From contig JANOAV010000051.1 in assembly GCA_031411295.1 (NCBI GenBank), forward strand, positions 1 to 64,000: a stretch of 64,000 nt of DNA. The letters run 5' to 3'. Under the pieces are notes generated by a model. That model worked only from the letters and a program-made list of their open reading frames with translations, searched no databases and was not told where the DNA came from. This stretch comes from Verrucomicrobiales bacterium. GTDB taxonomy: Bacteria; Verrucomicrobiota; Verrucomicrobiia; Verrucomicrobiales; V1-33. Shown here piece by piece: positions 56,178-64,000 of this stretch; the first letter of the stretch is position 1, and every line of letters starts with the position of its first letter. The position numbers and the translations under genes are program-made.

Positions 56178-56404
56178 TCAATCGACTAGCACCGCCTCGT
56201 GCAAGTTAAATTCGACGACGCGGAGCATGTTTCAGATCTGCGGCTTGTAATTGAGCCGATCCAGCAGACTTGCAGCCACACTGTCTGGAGGAAAATTGAT
56301 GCAGAATCCTGCTCTGGTGCGATATTTCCAAACGATTCGGTCGCCTCACGACGCACACCAAGTGAAAGCGATCATCCTTTCCCCACCAACTCGACCAACC
56401 AATC

Positions 56405-57256
56405 ATGTCCCACGATCCACCCCCCCCATGGCGACCTGCCCCCCAGCCGCAGCATGAACTGGACCGCCTGATGCAGTTAGCCCCGCGCGATCCTTCCGTG
56501 CATGGCGAAATGTTCCGGCTGCTGTGGAATCTGGACGAAATGTGTATTTATGTGCCGCCGCATCCGGAGTTAGTGGGAGAGCATTGGCGCAGTGCGGATG
56601 AAGGTTTCACCTGGTGTAATTTTGGCGATGCCGAGGGGCTGTTTGCGCCAGTGTTCACCAGCGTAGCCTGCGCAGATTACGCCTTGCGTAATCTGCCCCA
56701 ACGTGATGGCCCACTCCCCATGATTGCCTCCCTGCCAGCCAAGGTGCTGTTTAAATTTCTCAACGATGGTCACACCACCGCGCGCATCTTGGGCGCCGGC
56801 GGCGGACAAATCAGTTTACCGCCCGCAACGGTGGCAGCCTTGGTGTCTGGGGTCTTTCCAGTGGATCGCATGGATGCGCCCACCCCCAGTCCGCTTTTGA
56901 CCAAAACCAAGCTGGCCCAAGAGGTAAGCCTCCATCCGGTGCCAGAGCTGTTGATCCCGACAGCGCTGCGGCAGGCGATTGGTGACCTCTGTGAAACGTC
57001 GCATACGCCCTTGGGAATCTATGTTTTCCATCAGGCCGATCCAATCTCTGGGCTCGTGTCAGGCAATGATTTACACTTCATTCTCTGGCTGCGTAAGGAG
57101 GATCCGGCCTGCTTTCAAAGCTTCTGCCAGTTGGTGCCAAAGCATCTCCCACCGCAGTTGGAGTTCTCCTGCAAAATCCTGACTACGGGCAATCGAAAAC
57201 TCATGAAATTTCTGCAAGGCCGCCCCGCGCTATGGCCAGTTGGCATTGCTAACTAA
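56405..57256 (+). CDS. SseB-like protein
   Basis: FAPVFTS motif in N-domain; two-domain size 283 aa. Confidence 0.55.
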   Translation: MSHDPPPPWRPAPQPQHELDRLMQLAPRDPSVHGEMFRLLWNLDEMCIYVPPHPELVGEHWRSADEGFTWCNFGDAEGLFAPVFTSVACADYALRNLPQRDGPLPMIASLPAKVLFKFLNDGHTTARILGAGGGQISLPPATVAALVSGVFPVDRMDAPTPSPLLTKTKLAQEVSLHPVPELLIPTALRQAIGDLCETSHTPLGIYVFHQADPISGLVSGNDLHFILWLRKEDPACFQSFCQLVPKHLPPQLEFSCKILTTGNRKLMKFLQGRPALWPVGIAN

Positions 57257-58442
57257 GCGGCAAGTCCATGATGAATTCAGTGCGGAAACCCGGGCTGCTC
57301 TCCACTCGAATCGTGCCCCCATGCGCCTCCACGGCTCGCTTGACGATGCTGAGGCCCAGTCCGGTGCCTTTGACCTTCTGCTGGGAGTGATCCGTGGCAA
57401 CGCGATAGAATCGCTTGAAAATGAAAGGGAGGTGCTCGTGCGGAATTCCTTTGCCGTTGTCCTTAACGGCTAAAGTCACCGCCTTGAGGCCACGAGTCAT
57501 GGAGACCGTGACTACTAACCGACCATCCGCCGCGTTCTCCTTCAACGCGTTCTCGATCAGGTTGAAGAAAATTTGCTCCCAATAAAAGGCATCACCCGCC
57601 ACCTCGTCCGCCTCGGGAATCTCAATCACGATACGCGCCTGTTTATCCTCAATCATGGGATGGAGCCGCTCGATGACCGAAGTGACACACTCGCGGCAAC
57701 TGAAGTGCTTGGCCAGAAGTCCCGCGCGATGCTCGGAGGAATCCATCGCCTCGTAGCGAGAGATAATCAGCATGTCTTCCACGAGTCGCTCGAGGCGTTC
57801 GCCATGTTTTTGCATGACTTCGAGCGATTTCTGGACGGCGGACGGTTCCGCGATCGCGCCTTCCACCAAGTTTTCCAGATAGCCATTAATAATCGCCAAC
57901 GGGGTGCGTAACTCGTGTGAAGCATTGGCGACGAAGTCCCGGCGGATTTGCTCGGTTTCCTGCCGACGCGTTTCATCGCGCATGACGAGGCGGACCAATT
58001 TGTTGGGCTGGTCAGGTAAGTTAACCGCCGCCGCACTGAACACAAAGTAACGTTCCTCCGCCCGTCCCCGCGGCAGAATAGTGATGCTGAACTCGTCTTC
58101 CAGCGACCCCTGCTCCAACTCCATGGCTTTGCTGCACAGTTCTGAGATGCGGGGGTCCGGCAAGACTTGCGTCAGGCGTTTCTCCTCCAGCCCAGAACTG
58201 GCGAGGAGATCAGAGGCACCTTCGTTGGCATAGAGAATCTCTCCACTGGCGGAGACCAACAAGCACACATCCCCCAGCCCGGCATAAAGGACTCCCAACA
58301 GATCCGCACTGCGCATGGGTCCGATGGAAATGACGGCTTCAGACGAACGAGGGGTGCGCCACCACCGCCAACCAACCACGCCCAGCAAGAGCGCCACCGC
58401 CAGGGTGCGCCAATCGCAGAGATATTGGATGAGTGATGCCAT
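57249..58442 (-). CDS. PhoR-like sensor histidine kinase (TM-PAS-HisKA-HATPase)
   Basis: RRDFVANASHELRTPL, NLIENALK, DNGKGI, IFKRFYRV, GTGLGLSIV; start MASLIQY at 58442. Confidence 0.9.
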   Translation of the reverse strand: MASLIQYLCDWRTLAVALLLGVVGWRWWRTPRSSEAVISIGPMRSADLLGVLYAGLGDVCLLVSASGEILYANEGASDLLASSGLEEKRLTQVLPDPRISELCSKAMELEQGSLEDEFSITILPRGRAEERYFVFSAAAVNLPDQPNKLVRLVMRDETRRQETEQIRRDFVANASHELRTPLAIINGYLENLVEGAIAEPSAVQKSLEVMQKHGERLERLVEDMLIISRYEAMDSSEHRAGLLAKHFSCRECVTSVIERLHPMIEDKQARIVIEIPEADEVAGDAFYWEQIFFNLIENALKENAADGRLVVTVSMTRGLKAVTLAVKDNGKGIPHEHLPFIFKRFYRVATDHSQQKVKGTGLGLSIVKRAVEAHGGTIRVESSPGFRTEFIMDLPLS

Positions 58443-58529
58443 GAGTTCATCATTGGGAACAATTGCGTCGCCAGCAAGAAGTAATTTCGCTCCTTGCCAC
58501 CCGCCGCCAGAACCGCTAGGGTCTGGCGC

Positions 58530-59513
58530 ATGGGACTGTCCTCGCGCAAAGCGCAATTTTACCACCAACTGACCACGCTCCTGGAAGCAGGCATCGGTGT
58601 GCAGACCGCCACCGAGCATCTCCGCACCCAACGCCATCAGCAGTTGCCAGCGTTTGCTACCGCTCTGGCCGACGGAACGGGCCGTGGACTCACTCTGGCG
58701 GAAGCGCTGGAAACTGCTCCCAAAAAGCAAGTCGATGCGCTGGAAATCTCGCTCCTGGGCGCTGCGGAACGCGGTGGCAAAATCGAATTGGCCACCCGCC
58801 AACTCAGCGAGCATTACGAACTGGAAGCGCAACTCTGGAACCAGATGCTCCGGGCGATGGTTTACCCGATCATCGTCCTCCATGCCGCCATTGTGCTGCC
58901 CTCCGTGGGCGTCCTTGTGGGCGGCGGCGGCACCGTTTGGGAGTCGATGGGCAAACCATTGCTCATGGCCTACGCGATCCTGGCGATGGTCTGGTGCGGC
59001 GGGCGTTGGCTCTGGGCCCAAGGCCAGTGGAGTGATGGGATTGATGCCCTGCTCAATCGCATCCCCGCGCTGGGAACTTGGCGCAAAAGCCTGGCTTTGG
59101 CACGCTTCTGCCAGGCTCTGGGCATCCAATTGCAGGCCGGGGAGAACGTGGCCAAGGCCGTGGCTAGCGCCGGCAAAGCATCCGCCACCGCCAACCTCAA
59201 GCACGCCACGAAGGCGATGGCGCAGACGATCAACGCGGAAGGATGCCCTCTGGGGCCGTTGTTGCTCATGAGTCATCACTTCCACCCTGAACTGGCTCAA
59301 GTCTTGGCCACTTCGGAAACGGCGGGGCGGCTGGAACTGGAAGCGTTAGCGCGGGCGCGGAAGCTCATGGATACGGCCCGCAACTCTGCGGCCACCACTG
59401 GCACTTGGGTGCCTAAGCTGCTCTATGCGCCCATCGCGCTGTATGCCGTTTGGCGCATCTATTCCTTCTATCGGGATTACCTGGGGAACCTTACGAAGGG
59501 GTTGGATCTTTGA
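58530..59513 (+). CDS. Type II secretion F / PilC family inner-membrane protein
   Basis: QLTTLLEAGI, AAERGGKIE, MVYPII, LARFCQAL, SETAGRLE. Confidence 0.85.
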   Translation: MGLSSRKAQFYHQLTTLLEAGIGVQTATEHLRTQRHQQLPAFATALADGTGRGLTLAEALETAPKKQVDALEISLLGAAERGGKIELATRQLSEHYELEAQLWNQMLRAMVYPIIVLHAAIVLPSVGVLVGGGGTVWESMGKPLLMAYAILAMVWCGGRWLWAQGQWSDGIDALLNRIPALGTWRKSLALARFCQALGIQLQAGENVAKAVASAGKASATANLKHATKAMAQTINAEGCPLGPLLLMSHHFHPELAQVLATSETAGRLELEALARARKLMDTARNSAATTGTWVPKLLYAPIALYAVWRIYSFYRDYLGNLTKGLDL

Positions 59514-59521
59514 GGTGATCC

Positions 59522-60931
59522 CTAACGCACCCAAATGCCGTCGGCATCGCCTTGGTGCAGAATATCACTGATGATTACTAACTTCTCCGAACCTGTCAGT
59601 AGTCCCCGTGATTTTAACAGGGTGATGCCAGCGGAGATGGCGGCTTCGCCATCGCCTGGTGCGAAGTCCAGATTGAAGGCCGTGACACTGCGACAGAGGG
59701 CCAGCGTTTGCACCACGAAGGCATCGGCACAAAAAGCAAAAATGGAGGCTCGCAGCGGACGCGCCAGGGCCGCATACCGGGCCATCTTACCCCGTTGGGT
59801 GAACACCAGCACACAACTGGAGGCAAAGGAATCCGCCAGCTTAACCGCCGAACGCACGACCCGTTGCTTATCATCATCCAGCGGCATCGTATCCCCGGCG
59901 GAACGGTCGATTTCCAGCTCCATGCGCTTGGCAATGCGACTCATGACCTCCACGGCACGCAGTGGGTGCTCGCCCGTGCTGGTTTCTCCGCTGAGCATGA
60001 TGGCATCCGTCTGCTCCAGCACCGCATGGGCGACATCCGTCACTTCTGCGCGCGTGGGAACCGGATTCTCACACATGCTCTCCAGCATGTGCGTGGCCAC
60101 GATCACCCTGCGCCCTTGGCGAATGCATTCATGAATTAAACGACGCTGCGTGATGGGCAATTCCTCCAGTGGGGCTTCGATTCCCAAGTCGCCCCGGGCC
60201 ACCATCACCACGTCCGTAGCGGCAATGATTTCCGTGCTGTGCTTCAGCGCTTCCTGATCCTCGAATTTGGCCACGATATCCGATTTCATCCCGCGCAACG
60301 CCAATTGCTCCCGCAGGAAATGAATATGACTGGCATCCCGCACGAAACTCATCGCCACGAACTCAACGCCAATGTCCCGGCCCACATCCAAGTCTTTGTA
60401 ATCGTGATCCCCCAAAGCCGGCAGGTTGACCCGAATCCCGGGTAAATTGATGTGGCGTCTGGAACCGAATTTTCCATCATTGATGACGGAAGCCACCACC
60501 CGGGCCGGTTCCAGGCTGAGCACTTTCATTTCCAGAACCCCATTATCCACCAGGACCGTAGCCCCCACCTTCAGGTCCGCGTAGAGATCAGGATAGTTTA
60601 CCGTCGTCGAGTAGGGCATGGTGGCCGCTTGATCCTGCAAGCGGAACTCCACCAAATCTCCCGGCAGTAAATCAAACGCTTCCGGCAAATCGCCCGTGCG
60701 AATCGTCGGCCCCTTCAGGTCCATCAGGAGCGCCACCGCTTGCTGGCTGGAGGCTGCCGCCGCACGCACTTTGACGGCCATTTCCCGACACCACGCATGC
60801 GGGGCATGACTCATGTTCAAGCGAAACACATTCACCCCGGCCGCAATTAAGGCGGCTATCATCTCCGCACTTTGCGTGGCGGGACCCAGGGTGGCAATAA
60901 TTTTGGTTTTGCGTAGCGGTAGAGGACTCAT
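59522..60931 (-). CDS. pyk: Pyruvate kinase
   Basis: KTKIIATLGPA, RLNMSH, MVARGDLG, PTRAEVTDVA, MLSGET. Confidence 0.97.
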   Translation of the reverse strand: MSPLPLRKTKIIATLGPATQSAEMIAALIAAGVNVFRLNMSHAPHAWCREMAVKVRAAAASSQQAVALLMDLKGPTIRTGDLPEAFDLLPGDLVEFRLQDQAATMPYSTTVNYPDLYADLKVGATVLVDNGVLEMKVLSLEPARVVASVINDGKFGSRRHINLPGIRVNLPALGDHDYKDLDVGRDIGVEFVAMSFVRDASHIHFLREQLALRGMKSDIVAKFEDQEALKHSTEIIAATDVVMVARGDLGIEAPLEELPITQRRLIHECIRQGRRVIVATHMLESMCENPVPTRAEVTDVAHAVLEQTDAIMLSGETSTGEHPLRAVEVMSRIAKRMELEIDRSAGDTMPLDDDKQRVVRSAVKLADSFASSCVLVFTQRGKMARYAALARPLRASIFAFCADAFVVQTLALCRSVTAFNLDFAPGDGEAAISAGITLLKSRGLLTGSEKLVIISDILHQGDADGIWVR

Positions 60932-61240
60932 GGCTTACCGAAATCATGCGGCGGCCAGAAAGCAAGGAGCGAAAACCTCAGCGCCAGGGACTGGAAGGAG
61001 CGGGTCTGCGGACGCTGGGAAACCAAACCAACCTCAAATCCAGTCCTCAAGGCCAGGCTACCGTGCCAGGATACTTCGGTCGGTATGGAGTAACTGTTTC
61101 CAAAGACGGGAAGACGGTTAAAACAGGACGAGTTGGAAAATCACCAACCAAGCACGGTGAGAATCGCGCTCCCAACGGCGGATTTATGCACGGCGGTATT
61201 GCATTGAAACCCTTAGAGTTCGGAGCAAATTTTAGTGAAT

Positions 61241-61424
61241 CGCATTAGCGTCCCGGTGTGCGGTGGCACGGCTCTGCGCGACACCGCTCTTGAAGCGGAG
61301 AGATCCTGCAATATGGGATTGCGCCGAAGTGCTCCTTGCGTTTTGAGCGAAAACTAGAGCGCCCAACGAGATCGAAAGCGGCGTGGCGCAACGCCTTCCC
61401 GCCGCACTCCAAGACGCTAGCGCG
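61241..61424. repeat. Inverted pair of REP-like elements (REPIN-like)
   Basis: 61241-61290 and the reverse complement of 61375-61424 match at 37/50 positions by manual alignment; each arm has internal dyad symmetry. Confidence 0.7.
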
Positions 61425-61586
61425 GTGGAAGTAGATTGCTTCCCAACTCGTTGATTGCCAGTAAATTTCAGCCCTTCAAAAATCCGCCCTATCGTGCTCC
61501 CGTGTCAATCCCTTGGGCGAATTGCAACCAAGCTCAAGTGCGGTTGGTCTCGTGACCTCGCCCTCCACAGTGTTGACCTTGAGCGC

Positions 61587-64000
61587 CTACGGAACGGTTT
61601 GCACCTTCAAGCTCATGAAACGGCGGTTTTGGCCGGCGGTGGCTTGCGGATCGCGCACGGTGACGGGGATGCGGCCTCCGCTGGCGGTTCCGATGGTGAC
61701 GGTGGCGGTGCCGGTCCAGGTGGCGCTGGTGGGGAGTTTCTCCGCAATGGTGGTCCAGCCGTTGAGGTCGTCGCCTGCTTGGATGATGTAATGGATGTCC
61801 GGCAGGCCCATGCCGCCTAACACGCTGGTTTGGGGGAGGGTGAAGTTTACCCGCAGGTGATCGTCCGCTGGCACGTTGGGGGCCAAATATTGGGTGGTGC
61901 TGGATTTGGTGTAATCCGTGCCCACGCTGTATTCCATGAGATTGTCGATGCCATCAAAGTCTTCATCAGCCAGCGCAATGAGGCCCCCGTAGTAGTTGCG
62001 CCATGCGGTGTAGCCGGTTTGTGGTGGGGCCTGAGTGGCTAATCCGGCGGGACTGCCGCCAAGGGCGGTGCTTGTCCAACTGCTGCGATTCTTGAAATCT
62101 GAAATGGCCGTGGTGTTGCTGACTAGCAAGATTGCCCCGCCACCGCCATCGGCCGCTGCATACCAGTTTCCACGATAGTCGAAGCTGAGAATATTGGCAT
62201 CGAAGGGTGGTGCCAGCGTGATGGCGAGCGTTTCGCCACTGTTGTCCAAGTTGCCAATGAACGTTCCAGCGATCGGCGTGCCGGAACCATAGCGAGCGGT
62301 AAAGACATCCACGTTAGCCGCCACGACGCACTGAGCGCCAGCGGCCAGCGTAAATCCAAGTGGGAAGGTGAAATCGATCCCGTTCGTAAACGAGACGCCA
62401 GCTAAATTCAGCGTAGTAGCTCCGGTGTTAGTCAATTCTACATACTGTAGTGCGTCTCCCAGCGGGTGATGATACATAATTTCCGTGATGCGCAGGCCGT
62501 TGAGAATGGCCAGGGCATTGGCGTAGGCAGGATCGCCCGTGCCGTTCGGCAGCGTGTCCGTGGGCAGCACGAAGTAGTCCAATCCACCCACGCCACCCGT
62601 CGTCACGAGACCTTGGGAAACGTCCGTCACTTGGGGATCCACGCGCACGCGTTGAAGCTGCGTGCTGCCAGCATAGAGTGCCAATTCATCGGTGAACTGA
62701 TTCAGTTGGAAGCTCAGATGATTCGCGCCCTTGGTGGGGGAAGCATCGGCAGTAAATTTACCGTAGCCGGGAGCCATGAAACTCAGGGGTGGGAAGAGGG
62801 TGTGATAGAACGCGTTCGCCACGTTGTCGGTTAGGGAGAGCCCGCTCAGGCTTACTGGCAGCGTGCTGGGATTATACAGTTCAATCCAGTCCTCGTTGAA
62901 ACGAATGTCACTGGAGGCCAGCCACTCGTTGATGCGGACGTTGGTGGGTTCGCCCAAGCGCGCGGCCGTATTGGCGGCTCCAGGCGTTGGGACATTCAAG
63001 CTCCACGTGCCAGCGGTGCCGAGTCGGCCGATGGAGTAATCCGGAATTTGCCGACCATAGACAATGCTGTCTTTCACCACTCCAGATTGGGAAAGATAGA
63101 CCGCTTCCCCTTCTTCGCCCTTGAGCGAGAACGTGGCGTGCAGCCCGGGAGTGGCTGCGGGGCCGTCGCAATAGACTAGCATGTATCCGTTCGCTGGGAT
63201 GGTGGTGGCGGCTGGGAAGACATATTTATTGAGCTTCAGCGAATTGTCGCTCAGCATCCAACCGTTAAGCGAAACGCTGGTGGCATTGGGATTGTGAATT
63301 TCCACATAGTCCGGGAATGTGCCGCCATTGTTATGGGCAGCAACATTTTCTGCCAGCACTTCATTGATGACCAATGGCAGCGCAGTGCCCACGGTCCAAG
63401 TGCGGGAGGTGGGAGCAAACTGTGGCAGACCCAGATAGGTCTTGGCTGGATCTGCATTCTGCCAGTTGCCAGCGTAGTCCATGCCCAGCACTTCCAAGGT
63501 GTGCAGGCCTGGTGTCAGGCTGGTGAGGGTGAGGGTGGCGTCCCGCACCGTGAGGCCGCTGCGGTTAAAGATGGCTCCAGTTCCGATGGTGGTCTGGGCA
63601 GAATAAGCCCCACCATCCAAACGATATTTATAAGCGATGAGGCCAGGTCCACCGATGGTGAAGGTGGCGGTCGTAGCATCCGTGGTGCCATTGGGGCCGC
63701 CAGCGATGTAGGCCCACTCAGGGCAGCCGAAGCCGAGGTCCATGCCGCCAGGGCCTGCGCCTTTGGCCAAGGACTCCGTTTTCAAACTGTAGTTCTTGTT
63801 CGCTGGATCCACAAACAATGCGGGGCTTTGTGTATTCACGCCATAGGCGGGATTGAAGATACCGCCTGGGTGATTGGCCCCGATGACGGTGTCCGTAATT
63901 TGATCGACAATGTTTTGATTGAATTGAACGCGCGTGGTCACGTCCGTGAAGAAGACATCCTTGGTGCCCGCCTGGCGTTTATCCGCCGAACTGATGAGTC
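61587..64000 (-). CDS. Multi lamin-tail-domain (LTD) exported protein, 5'-truncated by window edge
   Basis: Frame open to window end; LVINEVLAEN...DYVEIHN, VRINEWLAS...DWIELYN, LRITEIMYH...YVELTN; C-terminal DEDFDGIDNLMEY...RFMSLKV. Confidence 0.85.
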   Translation of the reverse strand, partial: LISSADKRQAGTKDVFFTDVTTRVQFNQNIVDQITDTVIGANHPGGIFNPAYGVNTQSPALFVDPANKNYSLKTESLAKGAGPGGMDLGFGCPEWAYIAGGPNGTTDATTATFTIGGPGLIAYKYRLDGGAYSAQTTIGTGAIFNRSGLTVRDATLTLTSLTPGLHTLEVLGMDYAGNWQNADPAKTYLGLPQFAPTSRTWTVGTALPLVINEVLAENVAAHNNGGTFPDYVEIHNPNATSVSLNGWMLSDNSLKLNKYVFPAATTIPANGYMLVYCDGPAATPGLHATFSLKGEEGEAVYLSQSGVVKDSIVYGRQIPDYSIGRLGTAGTWSLNVPTPGAANTAARLGEPTNVRINEWLASSDIRFNEDWIELYNPSTLPVSLSGLSLTDNVANAFYHTLFPPLSFMAPGYGKFTADASPTKGANHLSFQLNQFTDELALYAGSTQLQRVRVDPQVTDVSQGLVTTGGVGGLDYFVLPTDTLPNGTGDPAYANALAILNGLRITEIMYHHPLGDALQYVELTNTGATTLNLAGVSFTNGIDFTFPLGFTLAAGAQCVVAANVDVFTARYGSGTPIAGTFIGNLDNSGETLAITLAPPFDANILSFDYRGNWYAAADGGGGAILLVSNTTAISDFKNRSSWTSTALGGSPAGLATQAPPQTGYTAWRNYYGGLIALADEDFDGIDNLMEYSVGTDYTKSSTTQYLAPNVPADDHLRVNFTLPQTSVLGGMGLPDIHYIIQAGDDLNGWTTIAEKLPTSATWTGTATVTIGTASGGRIPVTVRDPQATAGQNRRFMSLKVQTVP

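Noticed and set aside
58443..59300. N-terminal extension making the kinase 683 aa
   Set aside because: Antisense to the GspF/PilC gene; real start more likely ATG 58442 before the TM segment
60946..61248. 100-aa plus-strand ORF upstream of pyk
   Set aside because: No recognisable motif; lies in promoter/repeat region; cannot be supported
1..64000. CRISPR array, tRNA, rRNA, riboswitch, integrase or transposase
   Set aside because: No regularly spaced repeats or recognisable RNA/mobility motifs seen by eye; an Infernal/Rfam and tRNAscan run would be needed to exclude small RNAs

Overview
Bacterial chromosomal window whose gene content points to Verrucomicrobia (inference from protein families, sparse Shine-Dalgarno use and REP types). 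The core backbone comprises mreB-mreC-mreD-mrdA-rng followed by an ATP-grasp-like gene, gltA, sucD, two bactofilins, lipA-sufT, ygiQ, an M42 peptidase, lactate permease, a PhoR-like kinase, a GspF/PilC-family gene and pyk, interspersed with many exported carbohydrate-active or hypothetical proteins. An accessory block of about 14 kb lies between sufT and ygiQ. It holds a small glycan locus and an NhaR-like LysR gene divergent from zf-TFIIB, YkvA, a voltage-gated cation channel with the unusual filter TLDAWSD, DUF3311 and a Na+:solute symporter. It also holds a defence/TA island: Fic remnant, Hachiman hamA-hamB tightly coupled behind a VapBC pair, HipBA and gene scraps. Both TA promoters have the same TTGACA-N17-(-10)-N7-ATG leaderless layout with visible operators. 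I saw no rRNA, tRNA, CRISPR array, integrase or transposase. All calls come from reading motifs by eye; no searches were run.
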